64,000 bases of DNA from IMG/VR virus record IMGVR_UViG_3300045988_160394, positions 96,001 to 160,000 of that record. One strand, given 5' to 3'. The translations under genes were made by a program, and so were the position numbers. Below are positions 49,311-61,517 of the stretch, piece after piece; the first letter of the stretch is position 1, and every line of letters starts with the position of its first letter. A model generated the notes under the pieces. It did no database searches. It was not told the DNA's origin and was given only the letters and a program-made list of their open reading frames with translations. The DNA is from a virus.

Positions 49311-50494
49311 TATTCTACCTCCTTAATATATACACAATCTAACACTTCATCATTATCAGTTTCATTTATTTTTAGTTTAATTTTGTACAATGTAGATTTA
49401 TCTCTAATATATTCTTTTACTTTAAAGTCTCTTACTAATATCATACCATCATAGATAAGATAATTATCATAAGGTAAAGCATATTCAACAGTAGACCATC
49501 CTTGAGTTTTTTCGTCGCTAAAATTAAAATAACAAACGAAACCTTCATCTACATCTAAGAATATCTTCTGTATTTCTTTCTCTATTTTTACTAGCCCATC
49601 TTGAATAGAAAAATTAGAATGAAGAGGTTTTTTATTAAATGTATATTCTATATCACCTTTACCTTCTACATAAAAAGTAATAAAACAACTTTTATTCGCT
49701 ATAAATGGTTTTTCACTAGTAGGTATATCTGTTACTCTTACAGAATTAGTTTCTTTATCTGTAATAACCATTTTATTCTTTCCTCCTAAAATAGTATATT
49801 TGTTTTTAGGATTAGTTGGGAATGGTATTTTAATTTCACTATTAATATTAAAGTTTTTTTCTAAAGTAAGCTCTTGTTCTTTAACAGCTAATTTACCAGG
49901 AACAATATAAGTATCATTATTATAATTATAAGGTAAAGCCAAAAAGTCATATTTAGAATCTAAAGCGTTAAACTCAAATACTATATTCTTTTTATCAGTA
50001 TTATTTATATTTGCAAAACAAGATATTTCAGATCCTTGCACTAACTCTAGCTCTCCTATATTTACCGATACGCTATCGTCGCTAAATTCCATTTCTCATT
50101 CATTACTTTTAAACAATAAAGTTTTCCCTAAAGCTGTCCCATTAATTTCTTCATTCGCTCTCTTTTTAAAGTTATCAGCTATAGCTTCTAAGTTAATCAT
50201 ATGTGTTTCTATATTTAATACCATTCTATTAAACTCTTCTTTTTGTATCTCTTCTAAGATCTTGTATAAAAAAACTATATCAGTATATATCATTTTTAAC
50301 ATATGATTTATCTCTTTAGTATTAAATACTTCACCAGGGACGAAAACTTCTTTTTTAAATAATGCTAATCTTGTATTTATTTGTTCTAACTTATTATCTA
50401 TCTCCTCTTTATTAGGAAAGTATCCTCTTTTTATGAAAGAATTGATTATATGTTTTTTATGATAATCTAGTTTTAATAAAATATCTTTATACAT
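49310..50494 (-). CDS. virion-module protein (394 aa), fusion of two ORF-track fragments via TGA
   Basis: 50096..50494 and 49310..50092 share one frame and are joined by TGA at 50096 (..SNE-[TGA]-E-MEFSDD..). There is no RBS before the internal ATG. Confidence 0.55.
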
Positions 50495-51817
50495 CTATAC
50501 TTCACCACCTAACAACACTTTTAAATTATTTATATATGGAGTTAACTTATTTTTAGTTTTAATGTGTATTTTTAATTTAGCACTAGTTATCTTTTCTCCT
50601 ATATATTTTGTATATTCTGTCGGCATTTTACCTTGAGAGAATCTTATTATTTTAATTCCATTTTCATAGCTATTAACAGGTTTAATAGCATAATCTTTAC
50701 CGTTAACAGTTAAAATGAATTTAACATTATCTGAAGATATATTATTAGGAAGATATATGTTTGCAAAAACAGAAATAGCATATATATCTTTATTAGAATT
50801 AATTAGCTCATCTGTATACATTACGCTTTCTTGAATATATTTTTTAGAAGAAGGTTTGATGTCATTAATCCTTACTACATGTCTTTTAGCAGTGGGTACT
50901 ATAGTAGTTATAACTTCGTTTTTGTTTGAGTCAGGTATTATTCTTTCAAATGCTAAAGTTTCATCTAAATAACCAGTTGATTCAAAAGTTACTTTTAAGT
51001 AATAGCTATCTGGAAAAGAGATAATGTTGCTACCATAAATATAACCTTGGTTCTTATAACTATCTTCTTTAGAATTTATTTTAAAAGGCATCATTGGCAA
51101 ATCTGTATAAGAAGTATTATCTAAAGAATATCTTATCGATAATATCTTTATATTTTCTAAAGATGATTTTATTAAAAGCTGATTAGTCTTTTCATTAAAC
51201 TTTATTGTTAATGTACAAGTAGCTTCTGATGAATCAGTATTAAAATCAGATATTAAATATGGTTCTGTATTAGAAGCAGTTACTCTTGAATATTCTCAAT
51301 ATGTTGAAATATTATTATCTACTATATTCTTTTTAACTGTAGTATTTAAAGTATGTTCTAAGTAGTCTTTATTGTTTATAACATACTTGTTCCCTTCATA
51401 TCCATTACCTGTTACTTCTATAACTTGTGCTTTATTAGTTGTTGATTGAGTTTCTTTACCTGTAAAAACGCCATCGTTAAATGAATAATCACCTTTAAAA
51501 TGATAATCCGTTAATGGTATAGCATTATCATAATCTGTTTTACTATTACATAACATTGCTATATCTTGTAATCTTTCTTTTTCTGAAGTTATAATATCTT
51601 TAACTACGTCTAATCTTTTAGTTGTTCTATTCATTAAATCTTCAACTTTACTACCTAAGTTTTTTATATTAGAATCTATTTTTTTTATATCTTCTAGATT
51701 TTCTCTAGTAGCTGTATTAATCTTTCTATTTCCGTACTCTTCTGGATGTAATACAGTCTTTTCAGATATAGTATAATTATCTAATGTTTTATTTATCATA
51801 TCTACATATCTGTCCAT
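50495..51817 (-). CDS. virion-module protein (440 aa), fusion via TGA
   Basis: 51296..51817 and 50495..51100 share one frame. The 65 bridging codons were checked and are free of TAA/TAG. TGA at 51296. Confidence 0.55.
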
Positions 51818-53259
51818 GGAACATCGCCTCCATATTTACGTATTTTAATAGCTTTTAAATAAGACTTATCTATACTATCTTTGTTATAAGTTCTTATAGT
51901 TGCTTTTATTTTTATAGATGAATTTATAGGATTGTAATTGTATTTATGTTGAGGGAAATAATCTACTGAAAACCTAGACAACATTTGTAGCTTAGCATCA
52001 TCTAATGTTATATCTGTAATAACTCCATCTTTTTTAATAATAGTTTCAGTACTGTAATCTTGATTAAATCTTAATGGTAAAGCTGAAAACAGCTTTTCAT
52101 TCTTTATTATTTTTCTTCCATAAGGTAATATAGGAATATCAACATTACCATCTAAAATACTGTATTCTATTGTAGCTGTATCATCTAGTACTTCTTCAAC
52201 ATGTAATTGTATAAATTCTTTTTCAGATAATTCTCCTATATTAATAGCTTCTGATATGAAACAACTATCTTTTTCTTGTTCAATATTTTTCATAACTATT
52301 GAGTCTAGTCCAAACATATAAGTATACATAGATTTTTCAACTATATTATTTTTATTAGGAATATTATTATTGTATATATCTGTTTTATCTCCACTCACTC
52401 TAGCAATTATCTCTTCCATCTCTATTTTTGAATCAATATTAAAAGCATAATTATATTCATATTCTTTTATCCTATTTCATACATCTTCTGTTAACTTATC
52501 TTTTTGTACGTAATAAGTTGACTTGTTGTAATTCTTACAAACCAAATCGAATTTAATTTGAGTAATAATAGCAGAAGGCATTATTCCAGTTTTATAATCT
52601 CTTTTCTCTTCTATTCCGTTAAGATAAACCACTCTAAAATTCTCTATATTACAATTTACTTTTTTTAAATCTATATAGTTAATTGTTTGAGGTTTATCCA
52701 ATGTAATAGTTATTGTTTCAACTACACCTTTACTAGCTATTCTTTCTTCAATAAAATAACTTCTATAATATTCATTTTTTATATTATTAATATTATTGTA
52801 ATAAGGAACGAATACGCTCTTTTTTGAAACATTGGCATATGTTATAGGAGTTTCTCTTTTAATTCCTAAAGTTAAAGCTCCTTCTTTATATAAAGCGTTA
52901 GAAATTACTTCATTATTTCTATCTTTTTTAACAGATAAATCATCTTTAAAATTACATAAGTATTCTATATAAGCATTGTTTCTGTTTATATCTCTGATAT
53001 CTTCTATAGCTTTTAAAGTTTGAGTAATGTCTTGCTCATATTCATTTATTTTTAAATTTAGAAAAGCATCACAATAAGATATTGCATCTTCTAAATATCT
53101 TGTATTTTCATATAATGTATTTAATGAATTTTCTATATTTGAAAAGACTTCATTCATATCATTGCTATTTAAATAAATATCTTGTGGTTTATATTCAGTA
53201 TTGATTTCTCTTTTAATTTGTTCTAAGCAATAATTAAAATCAATCTTTGTTTTATCCAT
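51802..53259 (-). CDS. virion-module protein (485 aa), fusion via TGA
   Basis: 52477..53259 and 51802..52419 share one frame. The bridge was checked. TGA at 52477. Confidence 0.55.
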
Positions 53260-53326
53260 GTTATCACCTCTTAATTATTATATTATACAAAAAGAGGCGA
53301 ATATAGATTCACCTCTTCCTTATTGT

Positions 53327-54718
53327 CTATCTAGGATATATTAAACATAATACTTTTTTAGTTTCAACTGAATCATTTGATTCTAATGCTTTTCCTATTA
53401 TATTATCTTTTATAAGATTATTAGAACTACAAGATGCACCTAATCCATCTTTAGCTAATGCTATCTTATCTCCATTTTTAACTGGTCCAACGACATTAAC
53501 ATGGACTTTACCTATTAATCCTACTGGTATCTTTATACCTTTTTCAAGTTCTTCTTCTGTAGCTCCTAAACAGTTAGCATATTCATTAGATACTGTTCCC
53601 ACTATTGGGAAGTGTGAATTAGGATCACCTTTTACCAATAATCCTTTGTCATTAACTTGAACTATGTCTCCTGGTATAAATACAACATCTTTATCTGGTT
53701 CATATGCTTCTGCTATATCCATGAATGTTGAATTATAAATTCTAGTAGCATTAATAGTACCTTTAGCTTCTATATTACCATTTACATTTAAGTCTTTTCT
53801 TAAATTTACATTGTTATCATTATCATACATAACAGGATCGCCTATTAAATCTACAACATCTTTAGCTAGTTTTTCTCTAGTTACAGAATTGTTTTCATAA
53901 GCTGATGTTGGTATAGATAAGTCAGAATAATGCTTTTTCTTAATAGCTCTTGGAGCTATATTATTACTATCAACACATTCATTATCTAAATGCTTATTTT
54001 TTATATTTCTATCAGCTATTTTAGGTTCAGTAACACATCCATTCATTAAATGTTCAGTATTAACTGCATTTATAGCTAAATGTATGTTTTCTACACCAGC
54101 TCTTTTAATTACATCTCCTCACACACTTTGATGTTTAAAAGCTGTATGAGGAACACATTCTTCTGAGAAATGTCTTTCTAGTAAACATTTGTTTTTTAAA
54201 ATTCTACCATCTATAGTATTATCGTTTAAGTTTATACCTTCTAAAGTTCTGTCAGCTATTTTTGAACCAGTAATAGTTTTATCTTTGAATTTGATTCCTT
54301 CTAGTTCATTATTCTTAACATGCCTATTAAGTATATTACTATCTTTTACTTTAGAACTAGTAACTGATTGGTTATCTAATTTAGGTTCAGTAACAGATAG
54401 ATTTGCAAGTTTAGGCTCGGTAACAGATAAGTTTTCTAAAGTTCTCTCATTAATAGCTCTATCAGCTACTTTTATATTAGTAACACTTTTATCAGCTAAT
54501 AATTTAGTAGGTATAGATCCTTCTAATAATACTTGAGCAGCATCTAAAAAAGATAAAGTGTTTTTACCTGTTTTTATTTTAATTCCTTTTTTATTACTAT
54601 CAGTTCATAAAGCTCCTATTGATATAGCATCATTATCAGGAACTAATGGATCTGTTATTAAAAATGCTCTTTTTTCAATAACGACGTTTTCGCTAATTTT
54701 TTTAATACCTTCAGCCAT
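53327..54718 (-). CDS. tail-fibre protein with N-terminal tandem repeats and a chaperone-like C-terminus (463 aa), two in-frame TGAs
   Basis: ATG 54718 follows GAAGGGAGA. The frame was checked through TGA at 54605 and 54119 into ORF-track 53327..54046. Contains repeats of the type SVTNIKVADRAI / SVTEPKLANL / SVTEPKLDNQ / ITGSKIADRTL / VTEPKIADRNI. Confidence 0.65.
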
Positions 54719-54773
54719 TTATTTGTCTCCCTTCATTAATATAAATATTCGACCCTATTAAGGGCCGAATTAA

Positions 54774-56720
54774 TTATTCTTTTATAGTATTATAAGTATT
54801 ATCTGTTGAAACAGTTATATCAAATATTTTACCTGCTAATTCAGGAGAGTTATTTAAGTCTACTGTAGTAGTACCTTTATTCTCCCAATATACTTGTACT
54901 TCTATTTCATCAAATTCTTCTAATTTATAACCAGATAACTCTTCTACTTTTAATTCTCCTTCAAAGATTAATCTATCAGAAGATAAAGATTCTTTACCAG
55001 CTTCTTTTCCTTCTATAATAGCTTTTAAAGGAAGTTCTGTTATAACAGCTTCTTTTACTTTTATAGGGTTATTGACATCCATTTTATCAAAATGTTTTTT
55101 TAAACCCTTTGCTATAACTTTATAGCCTATTCTATATACAGGAGCTTCAGCAGGTGCATAGGTATCAGCTTTTAAATTAAAAGATGTATTATCAGTTCTA
55201 GAATCTCCTACTGTAGCTATTTGATTACCTATAGCTATTAAATCTCCAGTATTGAATAAAGATGCACTATAAGACTTATTATCTTCGTTATAAGTATTTA
55301 GAGGTCTAGCATTATTAGGAACTAAAGTGTTAGGGTTATTTATAACCTTAAACTTACCTTCTCTATTAACTTTCAATTCTGCTCTTACTCTTGTAGATTT
55401 GCTCAAACTTGATAATTTAGTAGAGCAAGAATATAAACCTTGTTTTGAATATTCAAGATTATTTAAAAGCACTTCTGAAGTTACTACTACTAGATACAAA
55501 TCTCCATCTTCTGTTCTTAATCCAGCTCCGTTATCGAATGAGAATAATTTACTATTTGTTTGTAAATCAATACTATCTTTACCTCTTAGCCCTTTAAGTT
55601 CCCAATAGTTATTTGTATCAGCGTCTATTTGTACAAATAAGAACATATAGTTAGGTTTATCTAACACAATAGTATTTGAGAAGTTGAAAAATAATTCGTT
55701 AAATGCTTGGTTAGCTTGAGCAGGATATAATAAATCTGACTCACCAATTATTTTCCCATCTTCTTTTAATTGTTCTATTGTAGCTAATGTGAAGATATCA
55801 GTACCTGTATTTGTTGGATCTACCACATAACATTTTAATGCTCCTGGGAAACCTGTTCTTCTTGCTTGTACACCTATTCTTCTAATAGCTCCTCTTGCTG
55901 TAGAAGGTATATTGATTTGTGCACAATATCCTGAATTAGGAGTATATTTCTTTGTTAGTAATATAGGTTGAGCATCGTCATTTAATATTATATATTTTTC
56001 TTGAGAAGAAACAGATACGTCTTTTTTCTTACCGAATACAAAGGAACCGTCGCTATAACTTCCATATGACTTGAATATTTGTGTACCTGAAGGAATTGGA
56101 CCTGTTATTGTTGAAGTTAAGTTTATTCTATTAGCACTAACAACATCTTGTACTTTTGTTATTTGAGGTTCATTAGTACCAATAACGATATATTCTCCAG
56201 TCATAAAATCTGAAGAATCTTCAACTGTTATAAAACTAGTTTGATTAGTACTCATATCTGAATTAGTAACAGTTATAACTTCATGAATATATTTTTCATT
56301 GCCTTCTTTAAAAGCATCAATATATCCATTGTAACATTCAGTATTTTTTATCATACCTGATTTGGCTAATTCAGCTTTCATTTGATATAGTTCATCTCTT
56401 AGGTTTTTAATTTCGTTACCTGAGTTTATTGATACAGCATAAGTATCACTTAGTATTCCAGAAGCCCCTTCTGTTGTTAAGTATTTAGAAGCTTCTATTC
56501 CTCCCAATCTTAAAGCATTATTAACAGTATCTCTATCAGAGATTAATTCACCTGATTCTGGATCAGTTGCTGCTTTAGCTATAAGATCTGATTTTATTCC
56601 AGCTACATTTATAGTATCGTTAGAAGCATCGGTTAATTTTCTAAAACCATATACTTTTTCTAAATACTGACCTATTTGGTCTAATGGTAACATAGCTGGA
56701 CTCATTATAGTTCTTGACAT
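54774..56720 (-). CDS. tail-fibre-like structural protein (648 aa)
   Basis: Intact ORF. NALRLGGIEASKYLT resembles the L.G..AS.Y motif common in phage fibre N-termini. Confidence 0.5.
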   Translation of the reverse strand: MSRTIMSPAMLPLDQIGQYLEKVYGFRKLTDASNDTINVAGIKSDLIAKAATDPESGELISDRDTVNNALRLGGIEASKYLTTEGASGILSDTYAVSINSGNEIKNLRDELYQMKAELAKSGMIKNTECYNGYIDAFKEGNEKYIHEVITVTNSDMSTNQTSFITVEDSSDFMTGEYIVIGTNEPQITKVQDVVSANRINLTSTITGPIPSGTQIFKSYGSYSDGSFVFGKKKDVSVSSQEKYIILNDDAQPILLTKKYTPNSGYCAQINIPSTARGAIRRIGVQARRTGFPGALKCYVVDPTNTGTDIFTLATIEQLKEDGKIIGESDLLYPAQANQAFNELFFNFSNTIVLDKPNYMFLFVQIDADTNNYWELKGLRGKDSIDLQTNSKLFSFDNGAGLRTEDGDLYLVVVTSEVLLNNLEYSKQGLYSCSTKLSSLSKSTRVRAELKVNREGKFKVINNPNTLVPNNARPLNTYNEDNKSYSASLFNTGDLIAIGNQIATVGDSRTDNTSFNLKADTYAPAEAPVYRIGYKVIAKGLKKHFDKMDVNNPIKVKEAVITELPLKAIIEGKEAGKESLSSDRLIFEGELKVEELSGYKLEEFDEIEVQVYWENKGTTTVDLNNSPELAGKIFDITVSTDNTYNTIKE

Positions 56721-56726
56721 GTATTA

Positions 56727-59558
56727 TTACCTCCACTCAAAAGTTATTTCACTAATAACAGGGTTAGCTACATATGGCTTACCATGTTCTAGTATATATT
56801 TTTCATGTTCTAATGGGTTTAATTCAAAGTATCTAGCTATTGGATCTATATTTAAAACATTATCCAACTCTTTATCTAATAAAGTTATAGATTTATTTTC
56901 TCTATTTATAATATATTCCCCAGTATATATTACTCCATCTATATATATTTTTATTAAATCTTGTGTAGAAAATAAGCTTCTAGGGATTGAATCGTCTTCC
57001 ATATAGAAAATTCTTTGTCCAGGATATCTAACATTAATTGCTTGTGATTTTATATTAAAGTCTTGTCTTACTTCAACTAATATATAATCATCTCTTTCAC
57101 AATCAATTTCTACTTTTCCTTTTTTATTGTATATAACATATTTGCTCCAAGTTTCTCTATTCTCAGGATCATAGTTGTTTTGATTACCAACTATTTGTTT
57201 ATGGATAACTATTGTATTTTCATTAACTATAGTAAAATCCTTTCTATTTAATCTTACTCCATTAACATATACAGTTACTACACCTGGAGTCATTGAAATG
57301 TTAGTAGTATATCCTCCACTAAAATCCATTGTTCTATTAGCAGCTGTTAATACTTCTTTTTGACAAGATACCGTTTCAGTTTTTTCAGGACGTTCTACAT
57401 AATACATTAACTCTCCATCTTCATATGGATCTAATCCCTCAACAGATTCCATAGTAGGAATGATAAACTTACCTGTATTAGAACTCTCTTCTGAAACATC
57501 ATAGTTCAATAAATTATTAGTAAATACAGTTAATGCTCCTTCATTGTTACTAAACATATGCTCTACATTTACAGAATAAACAGTCTTATCTTTTATTAAA
57601 GATTGTTTACCTTTTAATAAAGGTTCTTCTACTCCATTAGAATATGTGTATGCATAAAATGTACCTTTCTTGCCTTTTAAATCTTTACTATCTAACATAA
57701 TAGAACCAGCTGAATAGTTACCTTTTATCATACTAGTAATAGCATTTATAGATTCAAAGTCTCTTATTTCTATCCATTTTTTTGTACTATCATTTCATTC
57801 ATAGTATTTATATACTTCTGAACTAGACATAGTATTTTTAACTTTAACTATTTGACCTGAAGCACCTTTTATAGGTAAAGCTTCTCTAAGGATAGAATCT
57901 TCCATAGGAATCATTTTACCATCAGCGAATATAAGAGCGTTATTACATTCATTGTACATAGTACCGTCTTCATTATTAATAGCTACGGTAAAATTCATAA
58001 CTTTAGTATCGAATGATAAAGCAGTATTGCTATCGTCTTTTATTTTTAATAATACGTATTGTTGCCCTTCTTTAGCATTAGATATTCTTATTTCTCCTTC
58101 AGAAACATCTAATTCTCTTGATGACATTAATAATCCATCTATAAATAATAAATATTCATCTTTTGGATTGTTAGTAATCTCACTATTTCTAATAGCTATT
58201 TTAGAATCTATTTTACCATGACAAACATACATATTATCTGCTTCAACTATCATTACTTTTACTGGAGCTTCTATAGTGTCTAATCCTCAGTTTTTAATTA
58301 ATAAGCTATCACCTTGGAAAGTAATTTCTTCTGGAGATACTATATTAGTACCCATAACCCCAGAAACAAAAGCTAATGGCTTTTTAAAATTAACTGCATT
58401 AGTAAAAGTACCTACTAAAGTATCAGTTCCTGAACTAGTAATATTATTAATTTCTTTTTCTCCAGTTGATTCTTGATCTTGGAATACTACAGCCATCATA
58501 TCCATTGGATTTATTATTGTGTCGTTTATTTGTATTTTTCCACTAGCTGAATCATAATTATATTTAGTTTGTTCTAAATATAAACCATCTAAGAAAATCA
58601 TTGGTCTTTTGGTTAATTGACCTATTTGTACTTCAGATTGGCTTCCAATAGTAAAATCATTTCTAATAAGCTTTCCTGGTTTTTGTGTATCTTGAAAAAC
58701 ATAAGATACAGAATAAATATAGTTAGCTGCTTTAGCTTTTTCACTTATGATTTCTATACCTTTATCAAACGTTTTGTAATCGTAAGTTAAAGTTTTACCT
58801 GTATAAGGTATCATAGCTATACCATTGTTACTAACTGGATCTAGATAATAAAATTCTGTATTATGATCGAATAATCCATATATCTTATAATCATCTTCAG
58901 CTTTATTTATTTTTAATAGCTTCTTTTCTATTTTGAATGTTTTATTAGCATTAACATGTATCCATGATTCTTTTTCATCTATAGAAGTTGTATCATATTT
59001 AACACTAACATCTGATAAAGTATGATATTTTTCATCAGTTGGATGAATAAAGATTCCATTATCAAATAGCTTACCATATTCAGAATAAGGAACTAGGAAT
59101 GTCTTTCTTCCTTCTACATCATCCATATCTTTTATTGGCACAATGTTTATAAAGTTATTATGCATATCTACTAATACATTTTCAGCAGTAGTATTTACAG
59201 ATTTTACAGCAATCCAACTATTAGTATTCTGATCATATCTTTTTAAAATATCATCTTCATCTAACCATAGTTGACCATTAACAGGGTTTAAAGGTTTATC
59301 TTTCATGTTGACAGGATGATAAAAATCATTAAAAGCTGGCACTCATTTATTGTCAGTATTTTTAACTTTTAGAACATTAAGTCCTCTGCTATTATCATTC
59401 CAAATAGCACCAACAGGAATATCTGTTTGTTTATCTTTTATTGGCTGAGTAGGTCCATTATTGATATATCTTAATGCCATAAGTAAATCATAAAGTTCTT
59501 GATTTAATGTCAAATCACTTTGACGACCTATAGAAAATTTTCTAGCCACTATCTTCAC
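56727..59558 (-). CDS. large baseplate/tail structural protein (943 aa), fusion of four ORF-track fragments via three TGAs
   Basis: 59343..59558, 58287..59342, 57795..58253 and 56727..57731 are all in one frame. The bridges were checked. TGA at 59343, 58287 and 57795. The true stop is TAA at 56727. Confidence 0.6.
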
Positions 59559-59594
59559 TCCTTTTTAATAAGAACGGCTATTAAAAACCGTTCT

Positions 59595-61517
59595 TTAAAT
59601 AATATTAATATCTGCTATTATAGCATCTCAATATTTTTCTTCATTTTTAGTATTAGGTGTTAACATCTTTGAATTCAGCTTTCTATTAAAAGCATCATTA
59701 TTTAGTATACTATTTATACCATTATTAATGATTCTTAAAGAGTCAACTAATTCATTATATATATCACAAGTTATAAAAGTTTCTCTAGGAACTATTCTAG
59801 TAAAGTTAAAGAATCTATTATAAGCTTTTGCTTTATCATTTATATAATCTTGTAGTTCTTTTATCAAATAGCCTTCTGTTATTTCTAATGCCCTTATCTT
59901 ATCTAAAGCTTCTCTTCTTTTAAAATTATATGTTTCTGAAATAGGAGATTCTCCATAAACATTTCTCATATAAGCTTTAATAGCTATAGTCTCTTTACTT
60001 GTAAGATTGTTATCATCTGGAGCTACAAACATAACTTTATCTCCACTTATAGAAAAACATTCTGAATATTTTTTATTGTCATAATCTATTCCATTTAAAT
60101 TAACGATAAAAGTGCTTGCTCCATCATATCCAGAAAATATAAATCTAGGAGATATGCTATAAATTCCAGTGTTAGGCACTGATGGAGAAACTAATTTAGG
60201 AGTACCTTTCGGTTTAGAACCTTTTTTAAAATCTATCTTATAAGACCAATCGCTATATAATAATCCATCAGTAGATCTTACTCATACTTCATAATCACAT
60301 CCATCAGGATCTGAACCTATATCAAAGTTATATGATGTATCTTTTATTCTACTTTCAATAATCTTATCTCTTATTTTATAGCCATCAGCATCTATAGTTT
60401 TTATTCATACTTCATAAGAAACGCTATCTTCATCTGGATCACTAGAAGCATCTCAAGTAAATGTTAAATCATTATAAATAATATTTCTTTTACCTGAAAC
60501 AGATAAGTTTTGAGGGGTAGTCGGTCTACCATTATATCTATGTCCACCAACTAAACCTGTTCCTGTAGACTCTTTTCCATAAGCATTTTTAGCTCATGCT
60601 TGATAATATACATCATGGCCTTCATGCTCTCTGCCGAAATAAGCATCGAAATCTATATCATAATCTCATGATTGACCAGCATAAAAAGTTCCACTTGTAT
60701 CGTATGTTCTTATTTCTTTTTGGATTCCATTACAATATGCTCTTAATCATATTTCACCAGAAGCGTTATTATTATCTACATACTTTAATGTTAACTTTCC
60801 ACTACTTCCTTTAGCAGGATGAATATTTAATTCAGGATTAACAGCATCTTTTACTATGCCAGATGTTACAACACTATCATAATAATATTTTCTAAAATAA
60901 AAAGCACAACTCTTTCTACTTATTTGTTTATATCCAGAGTCAGAAATTCATCCATTAGAGCTGTTTGCACTACCATTAAGTTGTTCGAATCTACCATTAT
61001 CATGAGCCCAGTTATTAGTATCTTGACCATGTTTATAAGCCCAATCTGACCATGCACATGTATGATAGTCTCAGTCTTTAGGAACTATTGCATATATACC
61101 ATAAAGGTTGTTTTTAGGTTTTGCTGGAGTGCTATCTGTAAAATTACCATAAGAATATCTACTTAAATTGTTACCATAGTTACCATAATAGAAAAAAGGA
61201 ATAGAACCATCTGTACATTGGAAGTGATACCCCATTGTTTTCAATGAGTACAATCCTTCAGCTTGAACTGTTACATCATTCTCATCTATGTCTATAGAAA
61301 TTGTTTCAGTAGTATCGTAACTTACCCATGGTTTGTTTCCTACTTTTATTCTTGCCTCAACTAGTTCTATACCTTCTCATATTCCTTTCCTAGCAGTAGT
61401 CCCTCCACCAACATGTGTTGCTGTATAATTTGATCTAGAACAAGTTATGCTTTTAGGACTTAAATCAAAAGTAACACGACATTTATTATTAACAATACTC
61501 GTACTATGATTTATCAC
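59595..61517 (-). CDS. FN3-domain-containing virion protein (640 aa), ten in-frame TGAs
   Basis: The frame was checked triplet by triplet from GTG 61517 to TAA 59595. TGA at 61377, 61071, 60948, 60747, 60666, 60594, 60453, 60405, 60282 and 59628. FN3-like region: PTTPQNLSVSG..LTFT[W]DASSDPDEDSVSYEV[W]IK...DYEV[W]VRSTDGLLYSDWS. Confidence 0.65.

Noticed and set aside
53990-54440. The repeated ttaggttcagtaaca-type units considered as a possible CRISPR or other non-coding repeat array.
   Set aside because: The units are in frame within the tail-fibre gene, encode the repeated peptide (S/V)TEPKL, and have no spacer-repeat regularity.
54189-54761. Plus-strand ORFs 54189..54536 and 54558..54761.
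   Set aside because: They lie antisense to the verified minus-strand tail-fibre gene 53327..54718. Their repetitive sequence mirrors the fibre's SVTEPKL-type repeats.
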